From the IMG/VR virus record IMGVR_UViG_3300031857_000027: 64,000 nucleotides of DNA, one strand, 5' to 3'. Below the pieces are notes generated by a model. The model did not search any database and was not told the origin of the DNA. It worked only from the letters and a program-made list of their open reading frames with translations. Shown one piece after another: positions 25,798 to 36,293 of the stretch (positions are counted from its first letter, which is position 1; every line of letters begins with the position of its first letter). The DNA is from a virus. The position numbers and the translations under genes were made by a program.

Positions 25798-26061
25798 TCA
25801 TAGTACAAAGTATTTCAATAATGCAACTCCGACAACAATACTTACCACATAAGGGAGTAGTGTCATCATAGCACGTATTAGCATAAAGACAATGGTCACC
25901 AGCACCGCCAGCACCAGCATTTCACCACCATAGTTCGGGAGAGAAGGTACCTCAGCGGGAAGCGGTGGCAGCGGTTGTGTGATAATTGCTTCACCAATTA
26001 CCGCTTCACCCGCATCCAGTGTTTCCTCAATGGTGGGCAGTTCAAGGGTTAGTGGCATCAC
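25798..26061 (-). CDS. Membrane hypothetical protein
   Basis: Two hydrophobic segments. Confidence 0.5.
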   Translation of the reverse strand: MMPLTLELPTIEETLDAGEAVIGEAIITQPLPPLPAEVPSLPNYGGEMLVLAVLVTIVFMLIRAMMTLLPYVVSIVVGVALLKYFVL

Positions 26062-26264
26062 TCATCCTCATCAAGGTCTTCGTCAAGGTCTTCGTCAAGG
26101 TCTTCGTCTTCATCATCCAGAAAGAATTCATTGGCATGTGCCATGTCCTTCACATCATCTTCGGACATATACTTGAGGCACGCCATAATCACGGTGTCAC
26201 GATCCAGCAGACCATCCTCAACGAGTTCTAAAATGCGTTCAGTGGCTTGTCGGGTTTTGTACAT
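26058..26264 (-). CDS. Small protein with acidic DEDL-repeat tail
   Basis: GGAGG RBS; 12-bp tandem repeat TCAAGGTCTTCG x3 at about 26071-26106. Confidence 0.65.
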   Translation of the reverse strand: MYKTRQATERILELVEDGLLDRDTVIMACLKYMSEDDVKDMAHANEFFLDDEDEDLDEDLDEDLDEDE

Positions 26265-26542
26265 AATATACCTCCAAAAAAAATTTTAGTGCGACTCAGT
26301 GGCAGGTCGGCGATTTCACTGTCAATAAGGTTGCTTTGAAATAGCATGTTCCTTTAAGGAATCCCTTTTTTCTATACCATTCATCACTTTCACCCTATAC
26401 ACCACAATATACTGCCTTGTAGTGTCATGCACCCTCAGGGCGCCCATACATCTCCAGCACATTAGCCACAGTGATAGCAGCAAGCCCTAGCCTGTCGGCA
26501 ATGGCCATCACACCAAGGCCGGCGTCATTCAACTCCAGCACC

Positions 26543-26752
26543 TCAATTACTAAGTTCTTGTAATAGCCCATTGATATCCTCATCCTCATCATGTACATTA
26601 ATCACTGGCGGCTTACGCACATTGGGGTTTTCACCGTACAGTGTCACATCACCATTTTTTCCACCTGCCACCACAGTACGTGCGGCCATGTAGGTGCTGA
26701 ATTCGTCGGCTGCCGCCACTGCCTCAGCATCACTGAATTGTGCCTTTTTCAT
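26543..26752 (-). CDS. Small early hypothetical protein
   Basis: MKKAQFSDAEA... Confidence 0.5.
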   Translation of the reverse strand: MKKAQFSDAEAVAAADEFSTYMAARTVVAGGKNGDVTLYGENPNVRKPPVINVHDEDEDINGLLQELSN

Positions 26753-26925
26753 TATGCAAAGGCCTTTCCAGGGTACCCAGCAGCAAAGCCACCGCTGCCC
26801 TTCACAAAGCCTTTACTGGCCTTTGCACGGCATACTGGCTTTTTGGCCTTACGTGGTTTGCACAGTGTAGCACCCATGCCCTTAGTGGCTTCGGCTACAT
26901 CGGCCTCAGTGAATTGTGCTTTCAT
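26752..26925 (-). CDS. Small basic early protein (57 aa)
   Basis: MKAQFTEADV...GKAFA, GGAG RBS; translated by eye. Confidence 0.5.
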   Translation of the reverse strand: MKAQFTEADVAEATKGMGATLCKPRKAKKPVCRAKASKGFVKGSGGFAAGYPGKAFA

Positions 26926-27250
26926 TACAGTCTCCAGGTTTTGATGGCCTCTGCTACATCACCCACGGCAATGTTCAGCAGGGCAGCAATACGCCACACA
27001 GGGTAGCCAAGGTATCGCAGTGTTGCAATCTCATTAATGGTATCACGGCGGATAATCATAGTGTCATTCCTTTTGCAAGATAAGCAATATAGCCAGGTTC
27101 TTTGTTCAACACCACCACAGGCTCAATACCTAACACCACACCAGTCCGAACAAACTCTTTTTTGGCAAAAGCCACAGCGGCTCTCAGTGTCTTGAATTTT
27201 CTCTCACCACAGGCATACATCACAATCTCCTTTTCAATCACCACACAGGC

Positions 27251-27279
27251 ATTATAGCACCGTGCAGGAAGTCTGTCAA
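27251..27279 (-). promoter_or_regulatory. Early sigma70 promoter
   Basis: TTGACA-17-TATAAT. Confidence 0.85.
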
Positions 27280-27294
27280 CCAGTTATTCGGCAA

Positions 27295-27555
27295 TTATGG
27301 TGCGTAATAATCAACTTGCAGTGCCACGCCGTTCCAGCATCCCGCTAGACCCACGGCAGCCACTCCAGCAGCACCAGGATCACGCCTGGCAGCACCTAGA
27401 GCCTTCAATGCTTTTTCCACTGCCAGCCCATTTATACCCACAAAACCGCTTAACGCTTGCTTTACGGTCATACCCACCCGCAGGTCAAAATCACAAAATC
27501 GGATCATTACCTCATCGGTATTTTTCAGGCCAGGAACTAATGTTTTCGTTCTCAT
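27295..27555 (-). CDS. Early hypothetical protein
   Basis: ORF track. Confidence 0.55.
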   Translation of the reverse strand: MRTKTLVPGLKNTDEVMIRFCDFDLRVGMTVKQALSGFVGINGLAVEKALKALGAARRDPGAAGVAAVGLAGCWNGVALQVDYYAP

Positions 27556-27770
27556 TACAGTTCACCCCTATCAATCATTGCATCAATAACAATATACACA
27601 CCACCCACCAGAGCGGCTATACAGAACACAATTTCAATCGTTTCCATTTTATTAACCCAGAGTAGTAACAGCACCAGGTGCAGCAGCCAGAACACCCCAC
27701 ACAGCAATCACAGCACACAGTATCAAAATCGCAATCATCTCAATCTCCAAAATCATCTCATCACGGTTAG

Positions 27771-27799
27771 ATTATGGCGGAATGGGCGGGCTTTGTCAA
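27771..27799 (-). promoter_or_regulatory. Early sigma70 promoter
   Basis: TTGACA-17-CATAAT. Confidence 0.75.
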
Positions 27800-28019
27800 C
27801 CACTTTGTGGCAGTTCAAATTTGAACTCGGCTTATAGTGTTGCAAGTTCAGCAAGGCATATCTCACAACCACAGGCTTCGGCCAGGCGGGCATCACGGAT
27901 AGCCTCTTTCAGTTCTGTTATTTCTTTTCTGACAACCAGTGCCAGGTCTTGCTTATCCTGCAATTGTTGCTTGAGTAGTTGCAATTTTGTCATCGTGGTT
28001 CTCCGTCACTGAAAACGGC

Positions 28020-28048
28020 ATTATAGCAGCCAGGGTGGGCATTGTCAA
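28020..28048 (-). promoter_or_regulatory. Early sigma70 promoter
   Basis: TTGACA-17-TATAAT. Confidence 0.85.
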
Positions 28049-28373
28049 GCGCCTGGTGCTACTAGGTGTAGTGCGGTGCAGTGCGAATATCGCAACATTT
28101 AGTAGGCCGCTGCCACACGCTCCTCCAGCACGCCATAAATAGTGCGTTTGCGGATGCAATATAATGCATCCTCACCACATGCAATATAATGCGGTTCAGT
28201 ACACCTCACGCTCATATACATCAAACTCATTGATAACACCATCTACCACTAGTCCTTCACCATAATACAGTGCGGAATCATAGTCGGCAAATACACGTAG
28301 GATCGTTCTAGGTCCCATACCCTCAGACATATCAATTACAATAAAAACTTTGTTTGATTCAAATTTCATTATA

Positions 28374-28571
28374 TCACCCTAAGTCATCAGCGGTTGCAAG
28401 GTCACCAGTGGTGCCCCAGCCATATCCACCAGCAAGGATGGTAGCACCTGGTATCAGTGTATCAGCATCGGTGCAGGCGCAGGTCCAGCAGGTGAATCGG
28501 TCATAGTAGCCAGCAAATACACGTGGCACTAGTGCAGTGTTACAGCATGGGCAGATTGGTGCAGTAGTCAT
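28374..28571 (-). CDS. Small Cys-rich (zinc-ribbon) early protein
   Basis: CPCC...CWTCAC; follows the promoter at 28607-28635. Confidence 0.5.
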   Translation of the reverse strand: MTTAPICPCCNTALVPRVFAGYYDRFTCWTCACTDADTLIPGATILAGGYGWGTTGDLATADDLG

Positions 28572-28606
28572 TTTGATAATTCCTTGTTTTCTCTCTCAAC
28601 GGGGAT

Positions 28607-28635
28607 ATTATCGCTGAAAACTGGAGGATTGTCAA
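28607..28635 (-). promoter_or_regulatory. Early sigma70 promoter
   Basis: TTGACA-17-GATAAT. Confidence 0.7.
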
Positions 28636-28762
28636 GTGTTATAATCGCACACTATTTTCTTGTCTTTTATGCAATGGTTGAGCGGCTTGGTGTCTGGCAG
28701 TACCCGTATAGTGATAGGTGCAAAGGTACAGCCGGTAAGGAGTGTGGTGAGGAGTAGGATTC

Positions 28763-29038
28763 TCATACAGGTATATTACTCCATGTTTTGAGTTTTTCTC
28801 TTTTTTCTTGTGTGCGAATTTGAAGCATGGCCTCGTCTACTAGATGATGTTCTATACACAGGTTGATCATACATTGTAGGTCGCCTAGTTCTTGTTCTAG
28901 GCGTTTGGCATTGTTTAGAATATACCCGCCATGGAGTGTATCAGAATTATATCCAAAGCGGTGTATCTTGGATACTATCTGAATTACTTCGGCAGCCTCT
29001 TCTTGGAGTATCGTGAGAATCTCGGTCGTGGTATTCAT
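28763..29038 (-). CDS. MazG-like nucleotide pyrophosphohydrolase fold protein
   Basis: LQEEAAEV..SK..RFG...LEQELGDL. Confidence 0.6.
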   Translation of the reverse strand: MNTTTEILTILQEEAAEVIQIVSKIHRFGYNSDTLHGGYILNNAKRLEQELGDLQCMINLCIEHHLVDEAMLQIRTQEKREKLKTWSNIPV

Positions 29039-29039
29039 G

Positions 29040-29294
29040 TTATGCACCATTAGGTGAACCAAAGTTATCGATTGACCATTGGGTGTGATTATTAGCCTTG
29101 GTCTTGGTTTCTTGCTCTATTCGCCACATAAGGATTTCGTTGACATTACGGAGCATTTGAATTTCCCTTGCTGCCTCGTCTAATAGGTCGGCAATGCGGT
29201 CAGGTTGATTCTCTTGCACCGATTTGCGGGTCGGTATCTGGCGGCGGATTTCGGCTCGTTTTCGCAGCCGTTCTACTAGGTCTTCTTCGTTCAT
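29040..29294 (-). CDS. Hypothetical protein
   Basis: RLRKRAEIRRQI..RKSVQE..PDRIADLL. Confidence 0.6.
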   Translation of the reverse strand: MNEEDLVERLRKRAEIRRQIPTRKSVQENQPDRIADLLDEAAREIQMLRNVNEILMWRIEQETKTKANNHTQWSIDNFGSPNGA

Positions 29295-29554
29295 TTGGGT
29301 ATATTATACTCTCTGGTGTATTGGCTCGTCACTGAGCCGTGGATAGGAGGTGCCTCGTATTGTACATTGGACTCTACAGGTATACCGAATGCCGAACGAA
29401 TGATTTTCTTATCGGCTTGGGAGCCGCAGAGTAAGGCACAATGTTCGGCCACTTGCTTGACCAGTTCTTCAATGAGAATGATTTGCTTGGTGTTGGTCAG
29501 GTACTCTATATCAATACCAACGGATCGTATAAGTTTTTCGGCGTTCTTATTCAT
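29291..29554 (-). CDS. Hypothetical protein
   Basis: Coupled ORF. Confidence 0.5.
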   Translation of the reverse strand: MNKNAEKLIRSVGIDIEYLTNTKQIILIEELVKQVAEHCALLCGSQADKKIIRSAFGIPVESNVQYEAPPIHGSVTSQYTREYNIPK

Positions 29555-29656
29555 AGTGGTGTCTTGTGAAATAGGTACAGGCATAGACAAATCGTCAGTA
29601 TAAAACCGGCGTACCAGAAGTGGTCATATTTCATTTTTTGAGCATTTTTGACTGGT

Positions 29657-30242
29657 TTAATTCAATTTTAATGCTCGGGCAGCAGAATTATTTGCTTCAG
29701 AGAATGCATAGTCATTGGACAGGCTATTGTACCCGTCAAAGAATGTCCACTCACCGTTGACCAATCGTTCTACCTTTACATCATACAGTACATCAAACGG
29801 ACTGCCGTCACAGACAATCCGTACAGTACCAAAGTCTTTTGAAACGTACATTATAAAACTCCTTTAATTTCACTTGCATCAAGAATAATCGACTCACGTA
29901 TCGCACCATATACTTTGATGGGACTGTTAAGTGTAACATGATGAGACATACCACCACCGTATTTTACACGACTCAGCCGCACAATACCTGATACAGGATA
30001 CTCACCCATATACATGCCAACCACACGACGACCATCAAGAAAAGATTCACCGACCCGACTCATACAGCCTCCTTAACTGGTGCGAACATTTTAGCACCCT
30101 CACGCAGAAACGCCTTCAACTCACGGCGCACCTCAGACGGAAACTCGTCCTCATACTCACTAATAAACATAATCGCTTCAAGTATACCGTAACCACGTGC
30201 TTCCCGTATATACTCAACTTCAGCCATTAGATTCTTGTACAT
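29657..30242 (-). other. Operon of three small early ORFs (29657-29851, 29851-30063, 30060-30242)
   Basis: Overlapping start/stop codons and AGGAG RBSs after the promoter at 30275-30303. Confidence 0.6.
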
Positions 30243-30274
30243 TTGACATCTCCAAATCAATTCATCACAGTGTT

Positions 30275-30303
30275 ATTATGGCGGAAAGTCGGGGGTTTGT
30301 CAA
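30275..30303 (-). promoter_or_regulatory. Early sigma70 promoter
   Basis: TTGACA-17-CATAAT. Confidence 0.75.
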
Positions 30304-31478
30304 GGGCTATGATTTGTTTCTAAATTGATAATAGATTTGCGTTTAATGCAGACAAAGCCACCATGCTTTTCTTGCAACAGTATACCGTTGCGATTATTGC
30401 AAGCCTCTTCGGCGGCTTCAAATTGACCACGGACTACGTTATAGGCCGTAATGACGATAAGAATACATGATGCGTAAAAACAATACAGCACCACGTATTC
30501 CCAGTTAATTTTCCGTAACAGGCGGTTGAACATCGGTCTCATTCCCACTCACACATACATCACCAACAAAAATATAAACATTTGAATCAATGGACTTTTG
30601 TGAATACAATTGATTATTATAGCACAGATAAGGGTCTTTGTATCGTTGTGCAGCATAGTATACACCATAACCTATGCCTGCCAGAATCATCAGTATTGGA
30701 ATATACTTGATATACTTTACCAATTCGGGCATCATGCCCAATAATTTTGGTAGTATTTCCAATAACTGTTTCACTTTATTTTGCCTTTATCTTTCACCGC
30801 CTCTGATAGCATACTTCTGATTACTAGTAGCACACGACCTTTTTCTCTTTCGGTCAGGTGTTGTACCAACATGAGTTTGTCTTCATAGGACTTTGCATTA
30901 TCTAAGAATTCTGCGGGTACTTCTAACTTTTTCTTTTTGGGCTTGAACTTTTTGAGTTTTTCTTTTGTATCTTCGTTATCGTCAGACATGATGGCCTTGA
31001 TTGGATTGTTCACCGAATCATGCCACTATTTATTCTAATTAGATAACTTCAGGTTCGGTTGTCACAAAGCCAGGTTTGGCAGTCCACAGTTTACCATATC
31101 TGCCGCACAATGCAGTACGGTCAGGACCACCTAATCGCATACTGCGGCAAGTTTCCCTTGAATGTTCACCATAAATCGGATCGTCAAACTTCAATGCCTG
31201 CGGGTGTAAACAAAAAGCCTCTTTTTCAGAGGCCTCTTGAAAGTGTTTACAGTCCTTACATAGTTTCATTACATCTCACCATATGCTATTGCATCAAGGT
31301 CCCACGAATGAGCCGCATACATCATCGCCTCATGTTCGGCATACAATGCATCAAACATCGCCTCATATTCGGCATCAGCATCTTCGGCTAGTGTAGCCTC
31401 AGCAATTTCCCTTGCTAATTCGTTAATCATATCTTCATCAGTAATAGGTGCTACGGGCGCAGTCATCACAATCTCCAT
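30300..31478 (-). other. Run of small hypothetical ORFs, two of them membrane-anchored (30300-30533, 30505-30774, 30771-30989, 31039-31269, 31269-31478)
   Basis: ORF track, coupling. Confidence 0.55.
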
Positions 31479-31496
31479 ATCAACTCAAGAATTAAT

Positions 31497-31525
31497 AGTA
31501 TAGCAGCAAGTGCAAACTTTGTCAA
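31497..31525 (-). promoter_or_regulatory. Early sigma70 promoter
   Basis: TTGACA-17-TATACT. Confidence 0.8.
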
Positions 31526-31526
31526 G

Positions 31527-32458
31527 TCAACCACCACATGCTTTTATTATCTTAATTGCAACATCAATCTCAGGCCAGTCGTTGCGTTCTTGATAACTAC
31601 CCACGTAGAACCCACGAATGGTATTGAGGCCACGCAGTGCATCAGGACCATAGACATATCTAAAATCATAATCACAACCCCTCATTCTTTTACGAATCAC
31701 AAAATCATCGTATTCATCCCGATTACCCGCCACGATGAATAGCGGACCTAGTTTAGACTTCTGCATCCATTTTCTCGAAAATTAACATCTTTGCGATATT
31801 GATATATTGACGGGCACGATTTTTGTCGTTAAACTCAATCAATTCTTGTGCATCGGACAAGTATGATGCGATTATCATTCCCATACCAGACATTCTAAAT
31901 GTAAGAGAATCTTCAATTGATTCTAGAATCTCCGCCTTAGTTGAACCGTAGGCTTGCTTTTCCCATTCAAGTTGATTCATCACACACCCTCCAATGCTTC
32001 GTAGACATATTCACGAACCGCAGTATCGGTCGCCTCTTCAAAACCTTCTACCCTTGAAATAGCGGTAAGTACATCATTCACACATTCCCAAGAATAATTA
32101 TGCTCTTTTGCGAAAATCACAATCCCGTCAATCACACGATTGCCGTTGTCTGTAAACATACCATAGTGTCTCATCACATTCTCCATTATTTAAACACAAT
32201 CAAAGCCAACAGTATGCTGTTAAAGAAGAAACCAACAGCGTTACTAATTATGTATAATTTATCGTTACGACCCAAAGCACGGATCAGAAACAGAAACAAT
32301 CCGCCCCAGACCATCAACACCATGCTTAGTGGTGGCAACTTATCAGTATAACCGAAAATCACACCAAGGCTAGTAGGAAGAGTAGCAGCATGAATCATAA
32401 CCATACCGACCCAACCACATGCTTCACTTATATCAAACTTAACAACTTTCTTTCTCAT
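31527..32458 (-). other. Operon of four small ORFs; 32186-32458 is a 3-TM SemiSWEET/PQ-loop-like membrane protein
   Basis: ORF track; three hydrophobic helices with ISNAVGF. Confidence 0.55.
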
Positions 32459-32486
32459 TTTTTACTCACTTTCTCATCACATTGTT

Positions 32487-32515
32487 AGTATGGCGGAAAG
32501 CGGTAAGATTGTCAA
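32487..32515 (-). promoter_or_regulatory. Early sigma70 promoter
   Basis: TTGACA-17-CATACT. Confidence 0.7.
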
Positions 32516-32589
32516 CCATTATCTGCTAGGGGCCTGCCTTTTTCGCCATAATGATTTCTTTTTGACAACTTTTGTGTCAACTGGTGTTG

Positions 32590-32919
32590 TCATTTTTGCA
32601 CCTTTCTTATCAATTGAACATCATCATTCGGTGTCACAAATATTCTTGCACGAATGATAATTTCGTCATTTGCATAATCTTGTTGTTTTGTAAACTCTAT
32701 GCAATTAGCATCCATAATCTCACGCACCATCAATGAAATTAGTCTATTTTTTACTTCAATATCATCCATTTGTTCGGCTTCATATGGCGACATTTTTAAT
32801 GTGGTCGTCAACATTTGACCTTGAATAATATAATCTGCACTTGCAGGTGGAAATATTCCAATTGATGGTGTTGAAGCATCTATATTGCCAACTCCTTGAC
32901 TACTTGGTTTAAGGGTCAT
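32590..32919 (-). CDS. Hypothetical protein
   Basis: GGAG RBS. Confidence 0.6.
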   Translation of the reverse strand: MTLKPSSQGVGNIDASTPSIGIFPPASADYIIQGQMLTTTLKMSPYEAEQMDDIEVKNRLISLMVREIMDANCIEFTKQQDYANDEIIIRARIFVTPNDDVQLIRKVQK

Positions 32920-32938
32920 TTTATCTCCATAATAAAAT

Positions 32939-33013
32939 TGGTCCGGCTGCCAGGAATCGAACCTGGATCACAAGATTAGAAGTCATGTGTATTATCCATT
33001 ATACTACAGCCAG
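32939..33013 (-). tRNA. tRNA-Arg(TCT)
   Basis: Cloverleaf, CCA. Confidence 0.85.
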
Positions 33014-33015
33014 AG

Positions 33016-33091
33016 TGGTGGGCTGTGCAGGACTTGAACCTGCACTCAACGAATTATGAGTTCGCTGCTTTGACCATTAAGCTAACAGCCC
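33016..33091 (-). tRNA. tRNA with CAT anticodon, probably Ile2 (lysidine)
   Basis: GGGCTGT acceptor, CT-CAT-AA loop, A73. Confidence 0.8.
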
Positions 33092-33095
33092 GAAA

Positions 33096-33180
33096 TGGTG
33101 CGACTAGCCAGAATCGAACTGGCAAACCTTTCGGCGGCAGATTTTAAGTCTGCTGTGTTTACCTATTTCACCATAGTCGC
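33096..33180 (-). tRNA. tRNA-Leu(TAA)
   Basis: Type II cloverleaf, CCA. Confidence 0.9.
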
Positions 33181-33369
33181 TTAATAATACTTAACGTAGA
33201 TACATCTTGGGCTTACACGATAGCCATCCATGCGCCACTGTTCTTTCACTCTGTCACGTTCTTTGTGACATTGTTCAAGGCTACGCTGTGGTGCTTCTAT
33301 CACACCTTTGCTTTGTACAAGTTCAGTGTTTGATTGCAGCATGTATAGACTAATCATTAAAACCCACAT
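33181..33369 (-). CDS. Small secreted hypothetical protein
   Basis: MWVLMI start, two Cys. Confidence 0.5.
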   Translation of the reverse strand: MWVLMISLYMLQSNTELVQSKGVIEAPQRSLEQCHKERDRVKEQWRMDGYRVSPRCIYVKYY

Positions 33370-34094
33370 TAGTATCCACCTGCCATATTATCTGGTCGTG
33401 CTTCACTACGCTGTGGTGCATCGGTATCTTGATCTTTTAAGTGTAGACCAGTCAGACTATGTTCATCACCAATATAACCTTTGAGGAATGTATTGATAGC
33501 AATACTCACTCTGGTATCATTGCTTGTTGTTTGTTCTACCATATGTGTAAGATATGATGGGAAAATAACAACATCGCCAGTGCCTACAGAAAACCACCAT
33601 GATTCTGAATTGTATGGGTTGAAGTTTTCTGTAGGCAAATTGATTCGGTTGTAACCTTCTTTATAAAATGTAATACGATCTTTTTCTTTATCAGTATTCA
33701 CATAAATGCATCCTGATAACCAACTGTTTGGGTGTGCGTGTTTGTGGTGAAATTGTCCTGTGTCAGTGTAATTCATCCATGACTGTGTAATGTATGTTTC
33801 AACAGAATATTTTGGTGCGTATATCTTTTCCATGTAGTAATTCAAATAGAATTGATAATGATCACGAATTTCTTTCATGGCCGGATGATCTAGCACATAA
33901 CGGTCAGAACTTGTCTTATTGCCTGTGTTTTGTGTCGTAGATTTTGCAGTCTCTTCAAAAAATTCTTTTTCTTCTTTTGTCCAATCACGGTGAAATTTGG
34001 CGAACAGCACTGGTGTTGGAAATAAACCATGCACATTAGGCTCAGGCATAATTTTGATCACACTATTTTTTTCTTTCATTTTCTTCCCTATCAA
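33369..34094 (-). CDS. 2OG-Fe(II) oxygenase (TIGR02466-like)
   Basis: LFPTP, SWMN, HKHAHPNS.LSG.IY, IFPSYL.H.V, RVSIA.N. Confidence 0.85.
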   Translation of the reverse strand: MIGKKMKEKNSVIKIMPEPNVHGLFPTPVLFAKFHRDWTKEEKEFFEETAKSTTQNTGNKTSSDRYVLDHPAMKEIRDHYQFYLNYYMEKIYAPKYSVETYITQSWMNYTDTGQFHHKHAHPNSWLSGCIYVNTDKEKDRITFYKEGYNRINLPTENFNPYNSESWWFSVGTGDVVIFPSYLTHMVEQTTSNDTRVSIAINTFLKGYIGDEHSLTGLHLKDQDTDAPQRSEARPDNMAGGY

Positions 34095-34195
34095 TATCTA
34101 ACCACAAATAACCGGCTTGTTCGTCAATCACTCGTTGTGACCACATCTCTTCATTCTCTAGAACAGGCACATCATATTCTGGTGCCATCCAAGGC

Positions 34196-34414
34196 TTACT
34201 TGTATTTGCTTTCGAAGTATTCATTTACTTTAAACTTTGCCTCTTCCATTGATGCTGCTATGACTTTTACCCATGCTACACCACCGGCAATCTCCATATC
34301 AAACGGTACAGGACCATCAAATTGAAATTCTTCCGGCATCACTATTTCAATCTCATACTCTTCAAGATTTTGTATGCGTTTCATTACCGCTTCAAATTCG
34401 GCTCGGCGTGTCAT
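34196..34414 (-). CDS. Hypothetical protein
   Basis: AGGAG RBS. Confidence 0.55.
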   Translation of the reverse strand: MTRRAEFEAVMKRIQNLEEYEIEIVMPEEFQFDGPVPFDMEIAGGVAWVKVIAASMEEAKFKVNEYFESKYK

Positions 34415-35276
34415 AATAATCTCCTATCACTCCATTATACACAACTCGTTTTACAGTGTCAACTCTGTGTGAAGAGTTTCGTGCGCCCATTACAACTATT
34501 ACCTCATGGTAATCTCTGTCACCATCTGTTTTATGTACCATAATTGCCACACAAAATCCTGCCGGGTTTGTATAGCCAGTCTTACTTACCTGAACACCAT
34601 TGACTTGTGATAATATGGCAGTGTTCGTATTATGTAGAACTAGGACTCTAGCCTTTTGTTTGACCTGTGTCAAAATTGTTGCCACTTTTTTGGTAGAAAT
34701 GTCACGAATCTCTGGATAGTTTGCTGATTCAATGACCATCTGTGTTACATCACTGGCGGTGCTTACATTGTATTTACTCAAGCCTGATGGATCATCAAAA
34801 CTTGTGCTATACATGTCCAACATCAATGCTCTTGAATTCATATGATGAATGAATCGTTGACGACCACCAGGATAATCTGCTGCTAATGTTTCCGCTGCTG
34901 CATTATCACTCTTAATCAATAGCATATGAAACAATTCACCACGTGTGTATTCACGGTTTGGCATTTTACTGCCTGCCAATTTACTTAACACAAGTTTGCG
35001 GTTCATATCACGATCATAATCTAGTGCAACCATGGCAGTCATCAATTTCGTCATGCTAGCCAATGCACGAACTTGATCAATGTTTTGTGAACGTGTAATC
35101 TTACTATCTGTGATATTCGTTACCATCACTGATATGTTGCCGTAAGTTTGCACGGCATATTGTTTTTCTTTCTTTTTTCTTTTGTGTTTAGGCTTGGCAT
35201 CGGCTGCTGAAACAGTCAGAAAAAATAAAACAAAAAATGCTACAAGCCACTGTGTAAGTGTAAGTTGTTTGTTCAT
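34392..35276 (-). CDS. Peptidase S11 D-alanyl-D-alanine endo/carboxypeptidase (PBP7-like)
   Basis: Signal peptide; ASMTKLMTA (SxxK), SDN, KTGYT..AGFC. Confidence 0.88.
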   Translation of the reverse strand: MNKQLTLTQWLVAFFVLFFLTVSAADAKPKHKRKKKEKQYAVQTYGNISVMVTNITDSKITRSQNIDQVRALASMTKLMTAMVALDYDRDMNRKLVLSKLAGSKMPNREYTRGELFHMLLIKSDNAAAETLAADYPGGRQRFIHHMNSRALMLDMYSTSFDDPSGLSKYNVSTASDVTQMVIESANYPEIRDISTKKVATILTQVKQKARVLVLHNTNTAILSQVNGVQVSKTGYTNPAGFCVAIMVHKTDGDRDYHEVIVVMGARNSSHRVDTVKRVVYNGVIGDYYDTPSRI

Positions 35277-35387
35277 TGGGTGATTGTGAAAAAAATATAC
35301 GGTAAAGTTATTACCGTAAAGAATACAACGATATAGAAGAATAGATATCTGAATAGAGTGTTCATCGCCCTCTCCTTGGGCGACAAC

Positions 35388-35639
35388 TTATTTCAGTTTA
35401 TCACCCACTTGTTTAACTGTCTTTTCGTAGCCTTCACAAAGTTCCATGTAGTATTGAACCTCATTCCATGCATGTAGTATTTGAAATTTTGCTTCATACA
35501 ATGTATTCGTCAGTGCTTTATATCTGTCTCTAGGACCATTTTCAATAAGTGTTATTAAGATGTCAAGTTTGTCAATGATATTAACATCGTCAATGTCAAC
35601 CTTATCATCATCGCCAAAATTGTCGGGTTCATCTGTCAT
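35388..35639 (-). CDS. Hypothetical protein
   Basis: ORF track. Confidence 0.5.
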   Translation of the reverse strand: MTDEPDNFGDDDKVDIDDVNIIDKLDILITLIENGPRDRYKALTNTLYEAKFQILHAWNEVQYYMELCEGYEKTVKQVGDKLK

Positions 35640-35978
35640 TTTTCGCCTTTTTCAAGCAGTTTAATTGCATCTTTTGTATACCTTATTTCTTTGTTAAGTG
35701 CATCACGGATTTCATGTAATTCTAGCAACTTTGCTCTCAAACGGTTAAGTTCCTCGTTTTCATCCGTGGACTTTTTTTTGGGTGTAAATGTATATATCTC
35801 AGCCATAATTGAAAGTTTATCATCACTATCAATTTTTGTCAATCATCCACATCATCTTCATCCATTAATGCCCACATAATCAGAAACCCCATCATAGCAA
35901 GAATTATACCGAACACATCACCCATTTGCATGGCAATTACAATTAGAATTAGAAACAATAAAAAGATAAATGTTTTCA

Positions 35979-36293
35979 TTACCATTTCTCCGCTCGTTGC
36001 CATGTGTCATCATAGTCTGCCACATAGTCAGTAACATCAGGAATATTTACCACATAATCTTCCATGTCGGGTATGTGTATCTCTTCACCTTTTCTAAGGG
36101 CTGTAAGATATTTGCCGGCCTTTGCACGTGTTGCTGCACCTTCGGGTGTTTGATGATAGTCTAATAGTTTTTGTGAACGAACTGCTTTGTCTTCTTCAGT
36201 GTGTTCACGCACATTGCCACACGAACGTGAACAATATGGTCCACGTTTATTGTGTGTTGTGCCACATCTAGGACATGTTTTTTGTGCGGGCAT
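35979..36293 (-). CDS. Zinc-finger hypothetical protein
   Basis: CPRC..H.KRGPYCSRSC. Confidence 0.6.
   Translation of the reverse strand: MPAQKTCPRCGTTHNKRGPYCSRSCGNVREHTEEDKAVRSQKLLDYHQTPEGAATRAKAGKYLTALRKGEEIHIPDMEDYVVNIPDVTDYVADYDDTWQRAEKW

Noticed and set aside
16853-33180. Suppressor tRNA or stop-codon recoding
   Set aside because: No CTA, TTA or TCA anticodon was found (TAG, TAA and TGA here are Leu/Leu/Ser anticodons), and core genes are intact in code 11.
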